Shown here piece after piece: positions 26,486 through 36,859 of a stretch of DNA of 64,000 nt (its first letter is position 1; every line of letters begins with the position of its first letter). The translations under genes and the position numbers were made by a program. Origin of the DNA: Candidatus Nomurabacteria bacterium RIFCSPHIGHO2_01_FULL_37_25 (lineage in GTDB: Bacteria > Patescibacteriota > Minisyncoccia > Phycocordibacterales > UBA9973); the NCBI GenBank assembly GCA_001786765.1, contig MFTH01000016.1:21666-85665 (forward strand). Direction: 5' to 3'. The notes below the pieces were generated by a model, which worked only from the letters and a program-made list of their open reading frames with translations, was not told where the DNA came from and searched no databases.

Positions 26486-26555
26486 GGCTAGTTTTTTGTA
26501 ATTGCATATGACGAATAATTTATTAATTTTCTAAAACGTGTTATTATTTTAGTTT

Positions 26556-27986
26556 ATGGAGAACAAGTATTATCCGACGATTGGTCTTGAAATACACGCA
26601 GAACTAAAGACGAACACGAAAATGTTTTGTGGGTGTAAGAATGACCCTGATGAGGAATTGCCTAATATAAATATCTGTCCAGTGTGTATGGCGCATCCGG
26701 GCGCATTGCCTGTTTTGAACAAAAAAGCGATTGAGAGTGTGATAAAAGTCGGACTCGCGGTTGGAGGAAAGATAGCCGACTTTACAGAATTTGACCGAAA
26801 AAATTATTTTTATCCGGATATTCCGAAAGGTTATCAGATTTCACAATATAAATTTCCTATAGTTTCTGGCGGGCATCTCGCAGATATGGACATTACTCGT
26901 GTGCATTTAGAAGAAGATACTGCAAACAACAAACATGACCGTGGAGATTTTTCTTTGATAGATTTTAATCGCGCAGGTGTGCCACTCATGGAGCTTGTTA
27001 CTGAACCGCACACTTTTACAAATGCGGAAGAGACAGCGAAAAAAGCGTCTAAATTTGCAAAGGAGCTTCAATTAATACTTTGGTATTTGGGAGTGTCCGA
27101 AGCGAATATGGAGAAAGGCGAAATGCGAGTAGAAGCGAATATCTCTATTTCCACAGACCAGAAGATTTTAGGCACGAAAGTTGAAGTGAAAAACCTCAAC
27201 TCTTTTAGAAGTGTGGAACGAGCTATAAAATATGAGGTTGATAGGATGACAGAGTTATTAGAGAGTGGCAAAGGAAGTGAAATAATACAAGAAACTCGTG
27301 GTTGGGATGAAAGCAAGCAAAGAACTTTCTCTCAGAGAATAAAAGAAGGGAGCGCTGATTACAGATATTTTCCGGATCCCGATTTACCAAAATTAAAATT
27401 ACATAAAGCATTTGATCTAGAAAAGATGAAAAAAGATTTGCCCGAACTGCCGGAAATGAAGCGCGCAAGATATAGAAAAGATTTTGGGATAAAAGATGAG
27501 GATATAGAAGTATATATCAATGACCCAGAGCTTGGCGCTAGGTTTTCTGCTATCGCTGAAATTCTAACAAATAAAGAAAAAATAAAAATAGCTTCAAATT
27601 ATATTACTTCAGATTTTATTGGTCTTCGTAAGGCTAATATGAATGTCCGATGTCCGAGCGCAGAGAATTTTTCAGAATTAATAAATTTATTTGCTGATGG
27701 AAAAATTTCTTCTCGTGTTGCCAAAGATATCCTTGCTATGATTGTGATGAATAATGAGTCACCACTTGGGATTGCGACGGAGAAAAATTTGCTTCAAATA
27801 AGTGACATAAAAATTTTAAAACCAATAGCTCAAAAAATATTAGATAGCAATCTAAAAATTGTTGTTGATTATAAAGCAGGTCATCAAAGCTCTATTTTGT
27901 CTTTAGTTGGAGAGGTGATGAAAGAAACAAAAGGTAGCGCTAATCCAGAAATTACAAAACAAATTTTAGAGGACATGCTAAAATAG
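26556..27986 (+). CDS. gatB: Asp/Glu-tRNA amidotransferase subunit B
   Basis: IGLEIH, RKNYFYPD, HLEED, EVKNLNS and YRYFPDPDL motifs. Confidence 0.97.
   Translation: MENKYYPTIGLEIHAELKTNTKMFCGCKNDPDEELPNINICPVCMAHPGALPVLNKKAIESVIKVGLAVGGKIADFTEFDRKNYFYPDIPKGYQISQYKFPIVSGGHLADMDITRVHLEEDTANNKHDRGDFSLIDFNRAGVPLMELVTEPHTFTNAEETAKKASKFAKELQLILWYLGVSEANMEKGEMRVEANISISTDQKILGTKVEVKNLNSFRSVERAIKYEVDRMTELLESGKGSEIIQETRGWDESKQRTFSQRIKEGSADYRYFPDPDLPKLKLHKAFDLEKMKKDLPELPEMKRARYRKDFGIKDEDIEVYINDPELGARFSAIAEILTNKEKIKIASNYITSDFIGLRKANMNVRCPSAENFSELINLFADGKISSRVAKDILAMIVMNNESPLGIATEKNLLQISDIKILKPIAQKILDSNLKIVVDYKAGHQSSILSLVGEVMKETKGSANPEITKQILEDMLK
27539..27566. repeat. TCTGCTATCGCTGA-core palindrome inside gatB
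   Basis: taggttttctgctatcgctgaaattcta; fourth occurrence of the core. Confidence 0.6.
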
Positions 27987-27990
27987 GAGA

Positions 27991-28857
27991 ATGAAAACTT
28001 TAAGAGAATACATAAAAGAAGCAGAAAAAAAGAGTGTAGCGATTGGGCATTTTAATATTTCAAATCTAGAAGGGCTCCATGCTATTTATAATGCCGCTAG
28101 AAAATTAAATTTACCTGTAATTATCGGAGTTTCGGAAGGCGAAGAAAATTTTATTGGCAGAGAAGAAGTAGTAGCTCTAATCAGAACAATTCGAGAGCGA
28201 GATAACTATCCAATTTTTTTAAATGCCGACCATCATAAAAGTTTTGAAACAGTTGTGGCATGTATTGATGCGGGGTTTGACTCAGTCATAATAGACGGAA
28301 CAAAATTAAATTTTGAAGAAAATGTAAAAGTTACCAAACAGTGTGTGGATTATGCTCGCAATGTTACTAAAGAAACTGGGCGAGATATTTTAGTTGAAGC
28401 AGAACTCGGCTATATAGGTGAAGGTTCTAATATTAAAGATAAAGTGCCAGAGGGCGCAGGAATTTTAACAAAACCAGAAGAAGCAGAAAAATTTATAAAA
28501 ATGACAGGTATAGATTTACTTGCTCCATCTGTCGGAAGCATTCACGGCTTAATAAAAAGTGGCAAGCCACATATTAATGCAGAATTAGTAACTCAAATTA
28601 GAAAAATTACTGGAGTGCCGTTAGTTCTCCACGGCGGTTCAGGATTACGTGACATAGATTTCACGAATGCTATCAAAGCTGGGATTTCAATTGTTCATAT
28701 CAATACTGAAATTCGTGTAGCTTATACGGAAGGTCTTAATAAATCTTTAGTTGATTCTCCAGATGAAGTCGTCCCTTATAAAGTCTCTAAACCAGCGCAA
28801 GATATGATAGAGGCGGTAGTATTTGAACGATTAAAACTTTTCAATGGAATAAAATAA
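27991..28857 (+). CDS. fba: Class II fructose-bisphosphate aldolase
   Basis: ADHH, VEAELG, GSIHG, LVLHGGSG and INTE motifs. Confidence 0.92.
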   Translation: MKTLREYIKEAEKKSVAIGHFNISNLEGLHAIYNAARKLNLPVIIGVSEGEENFIGREEVVALIRTIRERDNYPIFLNADHHKSFETVVACIDAGFDSVIIDGTKLNFEENVKVTKQCVDYARNVTKETGRDILVEAELGYIGEGSNIKDKVPEGAGILTKPEEAEKFIKMTGIDLLAPSVGSIHGLIKSGKPHINAELVTQIRKITGVPLVLHGGSGLRDIDFTNAIKAGISIVHINTEIRVAYTEGLNKSLVDSPDEVVPYKVSKPAQDMIEAVVFERLKLFNGIK

Positions 28858-28871
28858 GTAATATTTAATAA

Positions 28872-30581
28872 ATGTTAGGAAAAATGAAAGATGAAATTAA
28901 AAAATTTTTTAAAGGAGATGTGGAAGATGGAGAAGAAACACTTTCAAAATATTCACGGGATGCGAGTATTTTTAAAGTGAAACCCAAGCTCGTTCTTTTC
29001 CCAAAAGATTCGGAAGATGTAAAAAAATTAGTGAAATGGGTTTCTGAAAATAAAGATAAGTACGCAGATATTGAAAGAAATAAAGACTGGAAAAATCTTT
29101 CCATTACTTCTAGATGCGCGGGGACAGATATGTCTGGAGGCGCCATAGGAGAATCTTTAATTTTAGATTTTACAAAATATATGAATAAGTTAATAAGATG
29201 GAGTCAGGATGTGAAGAATTCTTCACATCCTGACTCCATTACTGTGCAGCCTGGTATGTTTTATAGAGATTTTGAAAAATTAACTTTAGAAAAAGGACTT
29301 ATTTTACCTTGTTACACAGCCTCCAAAAGTATAAATGCGATGGGGGGAATGTTTGGTAACAATTCTGCCGGCGAGAGAACGCTGAAATATGGTAAAACTG
29401 AAGATTATATTTTAGAAACTAAAATAGTTTTTTCTGATGGGATTGAAAGAATTGTAAAACCTATTTCTTTGAACGACATTTCTAAGCAAGGAGAAATTTA
29501 TAAAAATATTTATAATTTAATTAAAAATAATAAAGAGGAGATAGAATTCGCGAAACCCAAAGTGCACAAAAACTCGGCTGGTTATTATATATGGAATGTT
29601 ATTCAAAAGAATGTTTTTGATATGAATAAATTGCTTGTTGGTTCGCAGGGAACTTTAGGTATTGCCACAGAGATAACTTTTAAACTGGTACCGGAAAATA
29701 AACATTCAAAACTAGTTGCTATTTTTATGAAAAATCTAGAACCGCTTGGTCGTTTAGTAGATGAAATTTTAACGCTTAACCCTGAAACACTTGAAGCCTA
29801 TGATGACAAAACGATGAAATTAGCCGTCAGATTTTTCCCGGATTTTTTAAAAAATAAAGGATTTTTTGGGATGATTAAATTTATATGGAGTTTTTTACCA
29901 GAATTTTTCTTGATGGCCACAGGAGGTTTTCCTAAATTAATTCTTCTGGCTGAATTTGCAGGCGGAGATGAAGTGGAGATAAATAAACAATGTATAAAAC
30001 TTAGAGAGAAAATCAAAAATTTTAAATTAAAAATTCACATTACTAAATCTGAAATGGAAGCAAATAAATATTGGGATATTAGAAGAGAGAGTTTTGCATT
30101 ACTTCGAAAGCACATAAAAGGCAAGAGCACTGCTCCATTTATAGATGATATTATTGTCCGTCCAGAATTTCTGCCAAAATTTCTTCCAGAACTTAATGTT
30201 ATTTTAAATAAATATGATCTAACTTACACAATCGCTGGACATGCGGGAGAAGGGAATTTTCATGTTATTCCATTGATGGATTTTAAACGTTCTGATACGG
30301 CAAAAATAATAATGGAACTTTCGGAGAAAGTATATAACTTAGTGATAAAATATCATGGTTCGATTACGGCTGAACACAATGATGGCATAATTCGCACTCC
30401 ATATTTAGAAAAGATGTACGGGCAAAAGATGATTAAAATCTTCAGTGAGATTAAGGAAATTTTTGATTCTAAAAATATTTTTAATCCTGGGAAAAAAGTC
30501 GCAATAGCTTCTGTGGGTGGTACTAAGGAATATATGGTGACCCATATTGCAGTAGAACATGATGTAAATCATAAAGTTTAA
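28872..30581 (+). CDS. FAD-linked oxidase (GlcD/D-lactate dehydrogenase family)
   Basis: AGTDMSG, GSQGTLG, GHAGEGNFH, AEHNDG and FNPGK motifs. Confidence 0.88.
   Translation: MLGKMKDEIKKFFKGDVEDGEETLSKYSRDASIFKVKPKLVLFPKDSEDVKKLVKWVSENKDKYADIERNKDWKNLSITSRCAGTDMSGGAIGESLILDFTKYMNKLIRWSQDVKNSSHPDSITVQPGMFYRDFEKLTLEKGLILPCYTASKSINAMGGMFGNNSAGERTLKYGKTEDYILETKIVFSDGIERIVKPISLNDISKQGEIYKNIYNLIKNNKEEIEFAKPKVHKNSAGYYIWNVIQKNVFDMNKLLVGSQGTLGIATEITFKLVPENKHSKLVAIFMKNLEPLGRLVDEILTLNPETLEAYDDKTMKLAVRFFPDFLKNKGFFGMIKFIWSFLPEFFLMATGGFPKLILLAEFAGGDEVEINKQCIKLREKIKNFKLKIHITKSEMEANKYWDIRRESFALLRKHIKGKSTAPFIDDIIVRPEFLPKFLPELNVILNKYDLTYTIAGHAGEGNFHVIPLMDFKRSDTAKIIMELSEKVYNLVIKYHGSITAEHNDGIIRTPYLEKMYGQKMIKIFSEIKEIFDSKNIFNPGKKVAIASVGGTKEYMVTHIAVEHDVNHKV
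29198..29239. repeat. Perfect 42-bp palindrome in frame in the FAD oxidase
   Basis: atggagtcaggatgtgaagaa|ttcttcacatcctgactccat. Confidence 0.92.
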
Positions 30582-30641
30582 ATTTATTAATTAATCTCGC
30601 GCGTATATTGCATTTTATATAATTTATGTTAAACTTTTGCT

Positions 30642-30962
30642 ATGTTAAAAATAAGACTGCAGAGAATAGGTAGAAAGAATGATCCGGCGTTTCGAGTAGT
30701 TTTGACTGATTCAAAGAATAGCGCAAAAAGTGGAAGATTTTTAGAATTGCTCGGTACTTATAACCCAAAGGTATTAGACAAAAAACAAAGAACAAGTTTT
30801 GCTAGTGATAGGATAAAATATTGGATTTCAAAAGGAGCGAAACTATCGGATACGATGCATAATTTCCTAGTGCGCGACAAAGTTATTGAAGGCAAAAAGG
30901 TGAATGTTTTGCCGAAAAAGAAATCAACAATAAAAAGAAAAGAATTGAAGGCAAATAAATAA
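30642..30962 (+). CDS. rpsP: 30S ribosomal protein S16
   Basis: MLKIRLQRIGRK...GRFLELLGTYNP. Confidence 0.96.
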   Translation: MLKIRLQRIGRKNDPAFRVVLTDSKNSAKSGRFLELLGTYNPKVLDKKQRTSFASDRIKYWISKGAKLSDTMHNFLVRDKVIEGKKVNVLPKKKSTIKRKELKANK

Positions 30963-31055
30963 CTTGCCTCGCTATGGCGGGATGAAGTATAATGTCGTGA
31001 TAAGCAGTTGTGTCGGAATACTGCATGATTATAAGATAATAGTTATTAAAATAAT

Positions 31056-31403
31056 ATGGAAGATGCTGATAAGGTGTTTCTAGAATATGTAGTGAAAGCT
31101 CTTGTTGATAATCCGAACGATGTGAAGATTGATAGGACTGTTGACGAGATGGGTGTGCTTATTTCTCTTACTGTAAATCATGCCGATATGGGTAAGATTA
31201 TCGGAAGAATGGGAAATACCGCAAAAGCTATTCGTACTCTTCTGCGAATCATTGGTATGAAGAATAATGCTCGTGTGAATTTAAAAATCAACGAACCAGA
31301 AGGAAGTGTAAGACCAGAGCGACCTATGGGCGCAAGTAGCGCTAGCGCTCCGAGCTCGTATAAGACAGTAGATCAGGTAATAGAAGATTTAAAGGGAATA
31401 TAA
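31056..31403 (+). CDS. khpA: KH-domain RNA-binding protein KhpA
   Basis: DMGKIIGRMGNTAKAIRTLL; rpsP-khpA-trmD context. Confidence 0.92.
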   Translation: MEDADKVFLEYVVKALVDNPNDVKIDRTVDEMGVLISLTVNHADMGKIIGRMGNTAKAIRTLLRIIGMKNNARVNLKINEPEGSVRPERPMGASSASAPSSYKTVDQVIEDLKGI

Positions 31404-31413
31404 AATACAATTT

Positions 31414-31438
31414 AAGTCCCCCGAAAGGGGGACTTTTT
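31414..31438 (+). terminator. Intrinsic terminator
   Basis: aagtccccc-gaaa-gggggacttttt. Confidence 0.85.
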
Positions 31439-31463
31439 GTTTGTTGTATGTTATATATAACAT

Positions 31464-32105
31464 ATGCGTTTTCATATAATTACAATTTTCCCAGAGACTT
31501 TTAATTCTTATTTGCGAGAGTCTATTTTAGGACGGGCGATAAAGAATAAAATTATTTCAATAAAATTTTACAATCCCATGAATTTTTGTAAGCCTAAAAA
31601 GAGGGTTGATGACAGGCCGTATGGCGGAGGACCAGGGATGGTTTTACGTCCAGAATTATTTTTAAAGGCATTTTCAAAAATAAAAATAAAAAATAAAAAG
31701 AAAACAAAATTAATTTTTTTCTCTACTAGTGGCAAAAAATTCACAACAGAATATGCTAAACAATCTGCGAAAAAATATACCGATATTGTTATGATTTCTG
31801 GCCGATATGAAGGCATAGACGCAAGGGTGCAAAAAATTCTGAAAGCGGAAGAGATTTCAATAGGGGATTATGTATTGACTGGCGGAGAGCTTTCAGCGAT
31901 GGTTTTAATAGATTCTATTTCTCGGCAGATTCCCGGTGTTTTAGGCAAATACGAATCATTGGAAGAAGAAAGAGTCTCTACAAGTGTTGTTTATACTCGT
32001 CCAGAGATTTTGGAACACAAAGGCAAGAAATATAAAGTCCCAAAAGTTCTGCTTTCTGGGAATCACAAACTTATAGAAAATTGGAAAAATAAAATGAAAA
32101 AGTAA
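31464..32105 (+). CDS. trmD: tRNA (guanine37-N1)-methyltransferase
   Basis: DDRPYGGGPGM, GRYEGIDAR and IGDYVLTGGE motifs. Confidence 0.97.
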   Translation: MRFHIITIFPETFNSYLRESILGRAIKNKIISIKFYNPMNFCKPKKRVDDRPYGGGPGMVLRPELFLKAFSKIKIKNKKKTKLIFFSTSGKKFTTEYAKQSAKKYTDIVMISGRYEGIDARVQKILKAEEISIGDYVLTGGELSAMVLIDSISRQIPGVLGKYESLEEERVSTSVVYTRPEILEHKGKKYKVPKVLLSGNHKLIENWKNKMKK

Positions 32106-32106
32106 T

Positions 32107-32934
32107 TTATCTAGGAATTTTTCTTACAGTTCTTGGATCAAGTAAAGGTAATTCACTAGGAGCTCTAGGTAACTTACGTAATCTAAAAGCACTACAAGCA
32201 CCATGAATAGCAGCATCACTATTACCTTTTTGATATTCTATTTCAATTACACTCTCCAATTCTTTTTTAATCTTAGCAACCCATGTTTCCAAAAGATTAT
32301 TAAATACAACAGGTACCTGTACAAACATAACTCCTTCTTCACGAAGTAAATCATACCAAGTTTGTAAAATTCTACTTACTGTATATGGTTCAATAGGAAC
32401 AAATTCTAAGCCTTTCCCCATCCGTTCTATTATTAAATCGACTTTTTTATTTTCTAATTTTTTATTTAAAGAGTTATAAGTTTCAGTATCAAAAATATTA
32501 CCCTCTAATACTTCATGATTTATTTTCTTATCTCTTTCTGTTAATCTAGCTAATTGGTCTGTCCGTCCTCTATGGTCTAATAAACTAACTCCAACAGATT
32601 TAGCAAAAAATCCAGGTGTAAATTCACTAAACAGTCTTGACCCAATTCCACCAAATTCTACACCAACAGCTTTGCTTTTTCTTCTTGCAAGAGTCGTTTC
32701 AATATAATTTCTAAGAGATGCCTCTCCTTCTGGTAAAAGATATCCAAACGACTTTCCGAAAGATTTTCCATCTATTATATTAGGACCATCAAGAGGAGAA
32801 TCTATCCAAGTATAATGTTTAGAGTCGAATATTTCTCTGTTTCCCCTAGTTTGAAAACTAGTAGCATTTTTATAAGTCTCTCTAATTTCTTCCTTACGTT
32901 CCTTGCCTATAGGAAAAGCGTTAAATTTATTCAT
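32107..32934 (-). CDS. Hypothetical protein, class I SAM-methyltransferase-like
   Basis: VEFGGIG motif-I-like segment, VDLII, LLREEGVMFV. Confidence 0.6.
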   Translation of the reverse strand: MNKFNAFPIGKERKEEIRETYKNATSFQTRGNREIFDSKHYTWIDSPLDGPNIIDGKSFGKSFGYLLPEGEASLRNYIETTLARRKSKAVGVEFGGIGSRLFSEFTPGFFAKSVGVSLLDHRGRTDQLARLTERDKKINHEVLEGNIFDTETYNSLNKKLENKKVDLIIERMGKGLEFVPIEPYTVSRILQTWYDLLREEGVMFVQVPVVFNNLLETWVAKIKKELESVIEIEYQKGNSDAAIHGACSAFRLRKLPRAPSELPLLDPRTVRKIPR

Positions 32935-33182
32935 AAAAAGATTATATCACAATACAATCTATCCAATAGTATAATCCCCAACCCACATTTGACAAAAAAC
33001 TTTAAATAGAGTAGGCTCTCTTTAGATTCATTGATTGAGTATCGGATGGAATCCTGTGTATGTTTTGGTTACATTACTAGGGTTTTAACTTAATCATATC
33101 TAAATAAATTTTAAGAAGCTAAAGAAAAGCATTTTTCCCTTGTTTTTCTTTATTTTCTTTTTTTGTTTAGGCTAAATAAAAT

Positions 33183-36100
33183 ATGCCAAAAGAAATGAGT
33201 GATGCAACACGTCCGAAAAAATATTTTAGTAGATATAAAAAACCTCTCGTTCCTTTTCCAAATTTAATTGAAGCTCAACTCAAGAGTTTCAAATGGCTAG
33301 TGGAACAGGGAATTAGCGAAGTCTTCAAAGAATTTTCTCCAATCAGTGATTACTCTACAAAAAAGTTTCAACTTGAATTCACTTCTTTTTCACTTAGTGA
33401 ATGTAAATACGACGAGAATCACGCTAAAATAAATAAACTTTCATATCAAGGACTTCTAAAGACGCGGGTAAAATTAACAAATAAAATTTTAGGTACTGTA
33501 AAGGAACAGGAGATTTTTATGTCTGAACTTCCTTTGATGACTTCTCACGGAACTTTTATTATAAATGGTGTAGAGCGTGTTATCGTTCCGCAGCTTGCTC
33601 GAAGTTTTGGAGTTTTCTTTACCGAGTCCGAGATCAAGGGTAATAAATATTTTGGCGCTAAAATTATTCCAGCTCGTGGAGTTTGGATTGAGATAGAGTC
33701 CGAGGCAGATGGAGCGATTTACATAAGGATAGATAAAAAAAGAAAATTTCCCGCAACAGCATTATTGCGAATTATGGGTTATGAGAATAACGACAACATA
33801 CTGAAGGCTTTTTCTGGAAATCCTATTTTCACAAAAACGATAAAAACTTGTTTAGAAAAAGATGGAGTGAAGAGTCTAAATGATTCATACATTGAGATTT
33901 ATAAACGCTTGAGAGATGGTGATATGGCAACAGCTGATAATGCCAAAGAGTTTATTAATTCTTTATTTACCGCTGAGCGATATGATCTTTCTCCGGTTGG
34001 TCGTTTCAGATTTAACAAACGTTTTGATAAACCTATGGACGATACGGCGCTAGCTCGCAGGACTATTTCCAAAGAGGATTTGGTAACGGTGATTATGAAT
34101 ATTATTCTTTTAAACAATACTCCTTTTGCTAAGAGTGATGACATAGATCATTTAGGTCAGAGACGTGTGCGATTTGTCGGTGAAACACTCCAACAGAAAG
34201 TACGCACCGGGATGATGCAAATCAAAAGAAATATTCAAGACAGAATGTCTATCATAGATGTTGATACCGCAATGCCTATAGCTATTATCAATCAACGCCC
34301 ACTCCAAGCTCGCATCAAAGAATTTTTCACAACCAATCAACTTTCGCAATTCATGGCGCAAGAGAATGTGCTTTATGAAATAGAACATTTACGCACACTT
34401 TCAGCGCTTGGGCCCGGAGGATTGACACGCGAGCGCGCAGGCTTGGAAGTTCGTGATGTGCATCCATCGCATTATGGGAGAGTTTGTCCTATTCATACTC
34501 CTGAAGGTCCAAACATCGGACTTATTTTACACCTTTCTACATATGCAAAGATAAATGAATTTGGGATCATTGAAACTCCATATATCAAAGTTAAAAATGG
34601 CAAGTTAACTGATGAAGTAATTTATCTAAACGCGCTTGAAGAAGAAAAATATAATATTGCGCATGCGGGAACGCCTTATGACTTGAAAGGTAACATAACT
34701 GAAGAAAAAGTAGAAGCTAGGATTAAGACAGAACCAGGCACGATTTCTCGCGATGAGGTTGATTTTATTGATGTTGCTCCAAACCAGGCTTTTTCTGTTG
34801 CAACTTCCATGGTTCCGTTCTTGGAACACAACAATGCTAATCGCGCTTTAATGGGAAGTAATATGCAGAAACAAGCTGTGCCTTGCGTATTGCCAGAAGC
34901 GCCATTAGTCGCTACAGGTATTGAAGAATTAGCAGCGCAAGATTCAGGGAGGTTAATTATAGCGGAGGAAGACGGAGTCATTTCCTATTTGGATGCAAAA
35001 AAGATAGTAATAGAGGGGAAATCTCCTGCCCGCAATGCTTCGCATAGCGATGCAGGCGGAGGAAAGCTTTCTAATAAAACTTACAACCTTGTAAATTTTA
35101 TGAGAAATAATAATTTTGCAGTATTTCATCAGCGTCCACTGGTTAACATTGGCGATAAAATAAAGAAAGGCGATATATTAGCAGATACTAGCAGTACCGT
35201 GGGTGGACAAATTTCGCTGGGACAGAATGTTTTCGTGGCTTTTTTGTCTTGGTCTGGAGCAACTTACGAAGACGCTATAATTGTTTCTGAACGTCTTGTA
35301 AAGAAAAGTAAATTTACATCAGTTTATGTTGAAGAGTTTACTTGCGTAGTTCGTGATACTAAGCTTGGACCTGAAATTACCACTCGTGACATACCAAATG
35401 TTGGAGAGCTCAAGCTCAAAGATTTAGACGAAGATGGTATTGTCCGTATCGGAGCGGAAGTTAGAGAAAATGATATTTTAGTTGGTAAAATTACGCCAAA
35501 AGGCGAGACGGAACTTACTCCAGAGGAGCGGTTGCTACGTTCAATCTTTGCTGAAAAAGCGCGTGATGTTAAAGATACGTCACTACGAGTGGAACATGGT
35601 AAGCGTGGACGCATCATTGGTGTAAAGATTTTTTCTCGCGATTTAGGACATACCCTTGAAGCGGGAATTATTAAAAAAATTATAATTGAAATCGCGCAAA
35701 TCAGAAATATTTCAGTTGGGGACAAACTTTCTGGACGACATGGAAACAAAGGAGTCATTTCAGTAATTCTGCCAGAAGAAGACATGCCCTATATGGCAGA
35801 TGGTACACCAATCGATATTATTCTTTCGCCACTTGGTGTTCCTTCTCGTATGAACTTGGGACAAATTTTTGAAATGCATCTAGGCATGGCGGCTAACAGT
35901 CTTGGTTATCAGGCGATTGTACCCCCATTTTTAAGCGCTAAATATGATGAAATTAAAGAGGAATTAGTAAAAGCCGGACTACCAGAGTCTGGTAAATTAA
36001 AACTTTTTGATGGACGTACCGGAGAAGCTTTTGAGCAAGATGTTGCAGTCGGTTATATGTATATGTTGAAGCTTCATCATATGGTGGAAGACAAAATTCA

Positions 36101-36410
36101 TATGCGTTCAATTGGACCTTATTCTCTTATTACTCAACAGCCTCTCGGTGGAAAAGCTCAAGGCGGAGGACAGAGATTTGGAGAAATGGAAGTTTGGGCA
36201 TTGGAAGGTTATGGCGCAGCTTATACATTGCGTGAAATGCTTACTATTAAATCTGATGACATACTCGGCAGGTCGGCGACATTTGATTCTATTATTAAAA
36301 ATGAGACAATCAGACCGCCAAATTCCCCGGCATCATTTAATGTTTTGCTTAATTATTTGCGAGGTCTAGCCTTGGATGTAAATTTAAAAAAAGGGGGAAG
36401 TAAGGAATAA
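33183..36410 (+). CDS. rpoB: RNA polymerase beta subunit
   Basis: FIINGVERV, GDKLSGRHGNKG and GGQRFGEME motifs. Confidence 0.99.
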   Translation: MPKEMSDATRPKKYFSRYKKPLVPFPNLIEAQLKSFKWLVEQGISEVFKEFSPISDYSTKKFQLEFTSFSLSECKYDENHAKINKLSYQGLLKTRVKLTNKILGTVKEQEIFMSELPLMTSHGTFIINGVERVIVPQLARSFGVFFTESEIKGNKYFGAKIIPARGVWIEIESEADGAIYIRIDKKRKFPATALLRIMGYENNDNILKAFSGNPIFTKTIKTCLEKDGVKSLNDSYIEIYKRLRDGDMATADNAKEFINSLFTAERYDLSPVGRFRFNKRFDKPMDDTALARRTISKEDLVTVIMNIILLNNTPFAKSDDIDHLGQRRVRFVGETLQQKVRTGMMQIKRNIQDRMSIIDVDTAMPIAIINQRPLQARIKEFFTTNQLSQFMAQENVLYEIEHLRTLSALGPGGLTRERAGLEVRDVHPSHYGRVCPIHTPEGPNIGLILHLSTYAKINEFGIIETPYIKVKNGKLTDEVIYLNALEEEKYNIAHAGTPYDLKGNITEEKVEARIKTEPGTISRDEVDFIDVAPNQAFSVATSMVPFLEHNNANRALMGSNMQKQAVPCVLPEAPLVATGIEELAAQDSGRLIIAEEDGVISYLDAKKIVIEGKSPARNASHSDAGGGKLSNKTYNLVNFMRNNNFAVFHQRPLVNIGDKIKKGDILADTSSTVGGQISLGQNVFVAFLSWSGATYEDAIIVSERLVKKSKFTSVYVEEFTCVVRDTKLGPEITTRDIPNVGELKLKDLDEDGIVRIGAEVRENDILVGKITPKGETELTPEERLLRSIFAEKARDVKDTSLRVEHGKRGRIIGVKIFSRDLGHTLEAGIIKKIIIEIAQIRNISVGDKLSGRHGNKGVISVILPEEDMPYMADGTPIDIILSPLGVPSRMNLGQIFEMHLGMAANSLGYQAIVPPFLSAKYDEIKEELVKAGLPESGKLKLFDGRTGEAFEQDVAVGYMYMLKLHHMVEDKIHMRSIGPYSLITQQPLGGKAQGGGQRFGEMEVWALEGYGAAYTLREMLTIKSDDILGRSATFDSIIKNETIRPPNSPASFNVLLNYLRGLALDVNLKKGGSKE
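35025..35060 (+). repeat. Family C 36-bp element in frame in rpoB (PARNASHSDAGG)
   Basis: cctgcccgcaatgcttcgcatagcgatgcaggcgga. Confidence 0.8.
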
Positions 36411-36415
36411 AATTT

Positions 36416-36799
36416 ATGAAAGATTTTCTTAACTGGCATACCAAAAAATCAAAACTGGATATAATTGAACAAAGACCGTATTTCCACGAAGGGGAAGTCT
36501 GGTATACGAGTTTGGGTTTGAATATAGGCTATGAACAAGATGGAAAAGGGCTGGACTACTTAAGACCAGTGCTGATTGTTAGAAAATTTAATAATGATGT
36601 TTGTTGGATTGTACCACTCACTCACACCCCCAAAGACAATATTTTCTACGTTCATATCACAGTAATAGGAAAATCAAGCACAGCTATACTTTCTCAACTA
36701 AAGCTTCTTGACGCGAGGCGTTTTAGCCATATGATTGATAAAATTTCTGATGAGGATTTTAAGTTAGTAACAAAAAAACTCAAAGGACTAATTCCTTGA
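36416..36799 (+). CDS. PemK/MazF-family toxin-like endoribonuclease with no adjacent protein antitoxin
   Basis: GEVWY..LG.NIGYEQDGKG..RPVLIV...IVPLT...SQLKLLD.RR fits the PemK/MazF pattern. Confidence 0.85.
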   Translation: MKDFLNWHTKKSKLDIIEQRPYFHEGEVWYTSLGLNIGYEQDGKGLDYLRPVLIVRKFNNDVCWIVPLTHTPKDNIFYVHITVIGKSSTAILSQLKLLDARRFSHMIDKISDEDFKLVTKKLKGLIP

Positions 36800-36853
36800 G
36801 TTTCTTGTGTTTTTACCTCGTGCCGAAGCACGAGTCGGGCCGAAGCCATTTAG
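36772..36853 (-). ncRNA. Putative ~80-nt antisense or antitoxin RNA convergent on the toxin gene
   Basis: Promoter TTGACA-16-TATAAT with TG extension; two C(UUCG)G hairpins; terminator hairpin plus U-tract overlapping the toxin stop. Confidence 0.7.
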
Positions 36854-36859
36854 ATTCAG

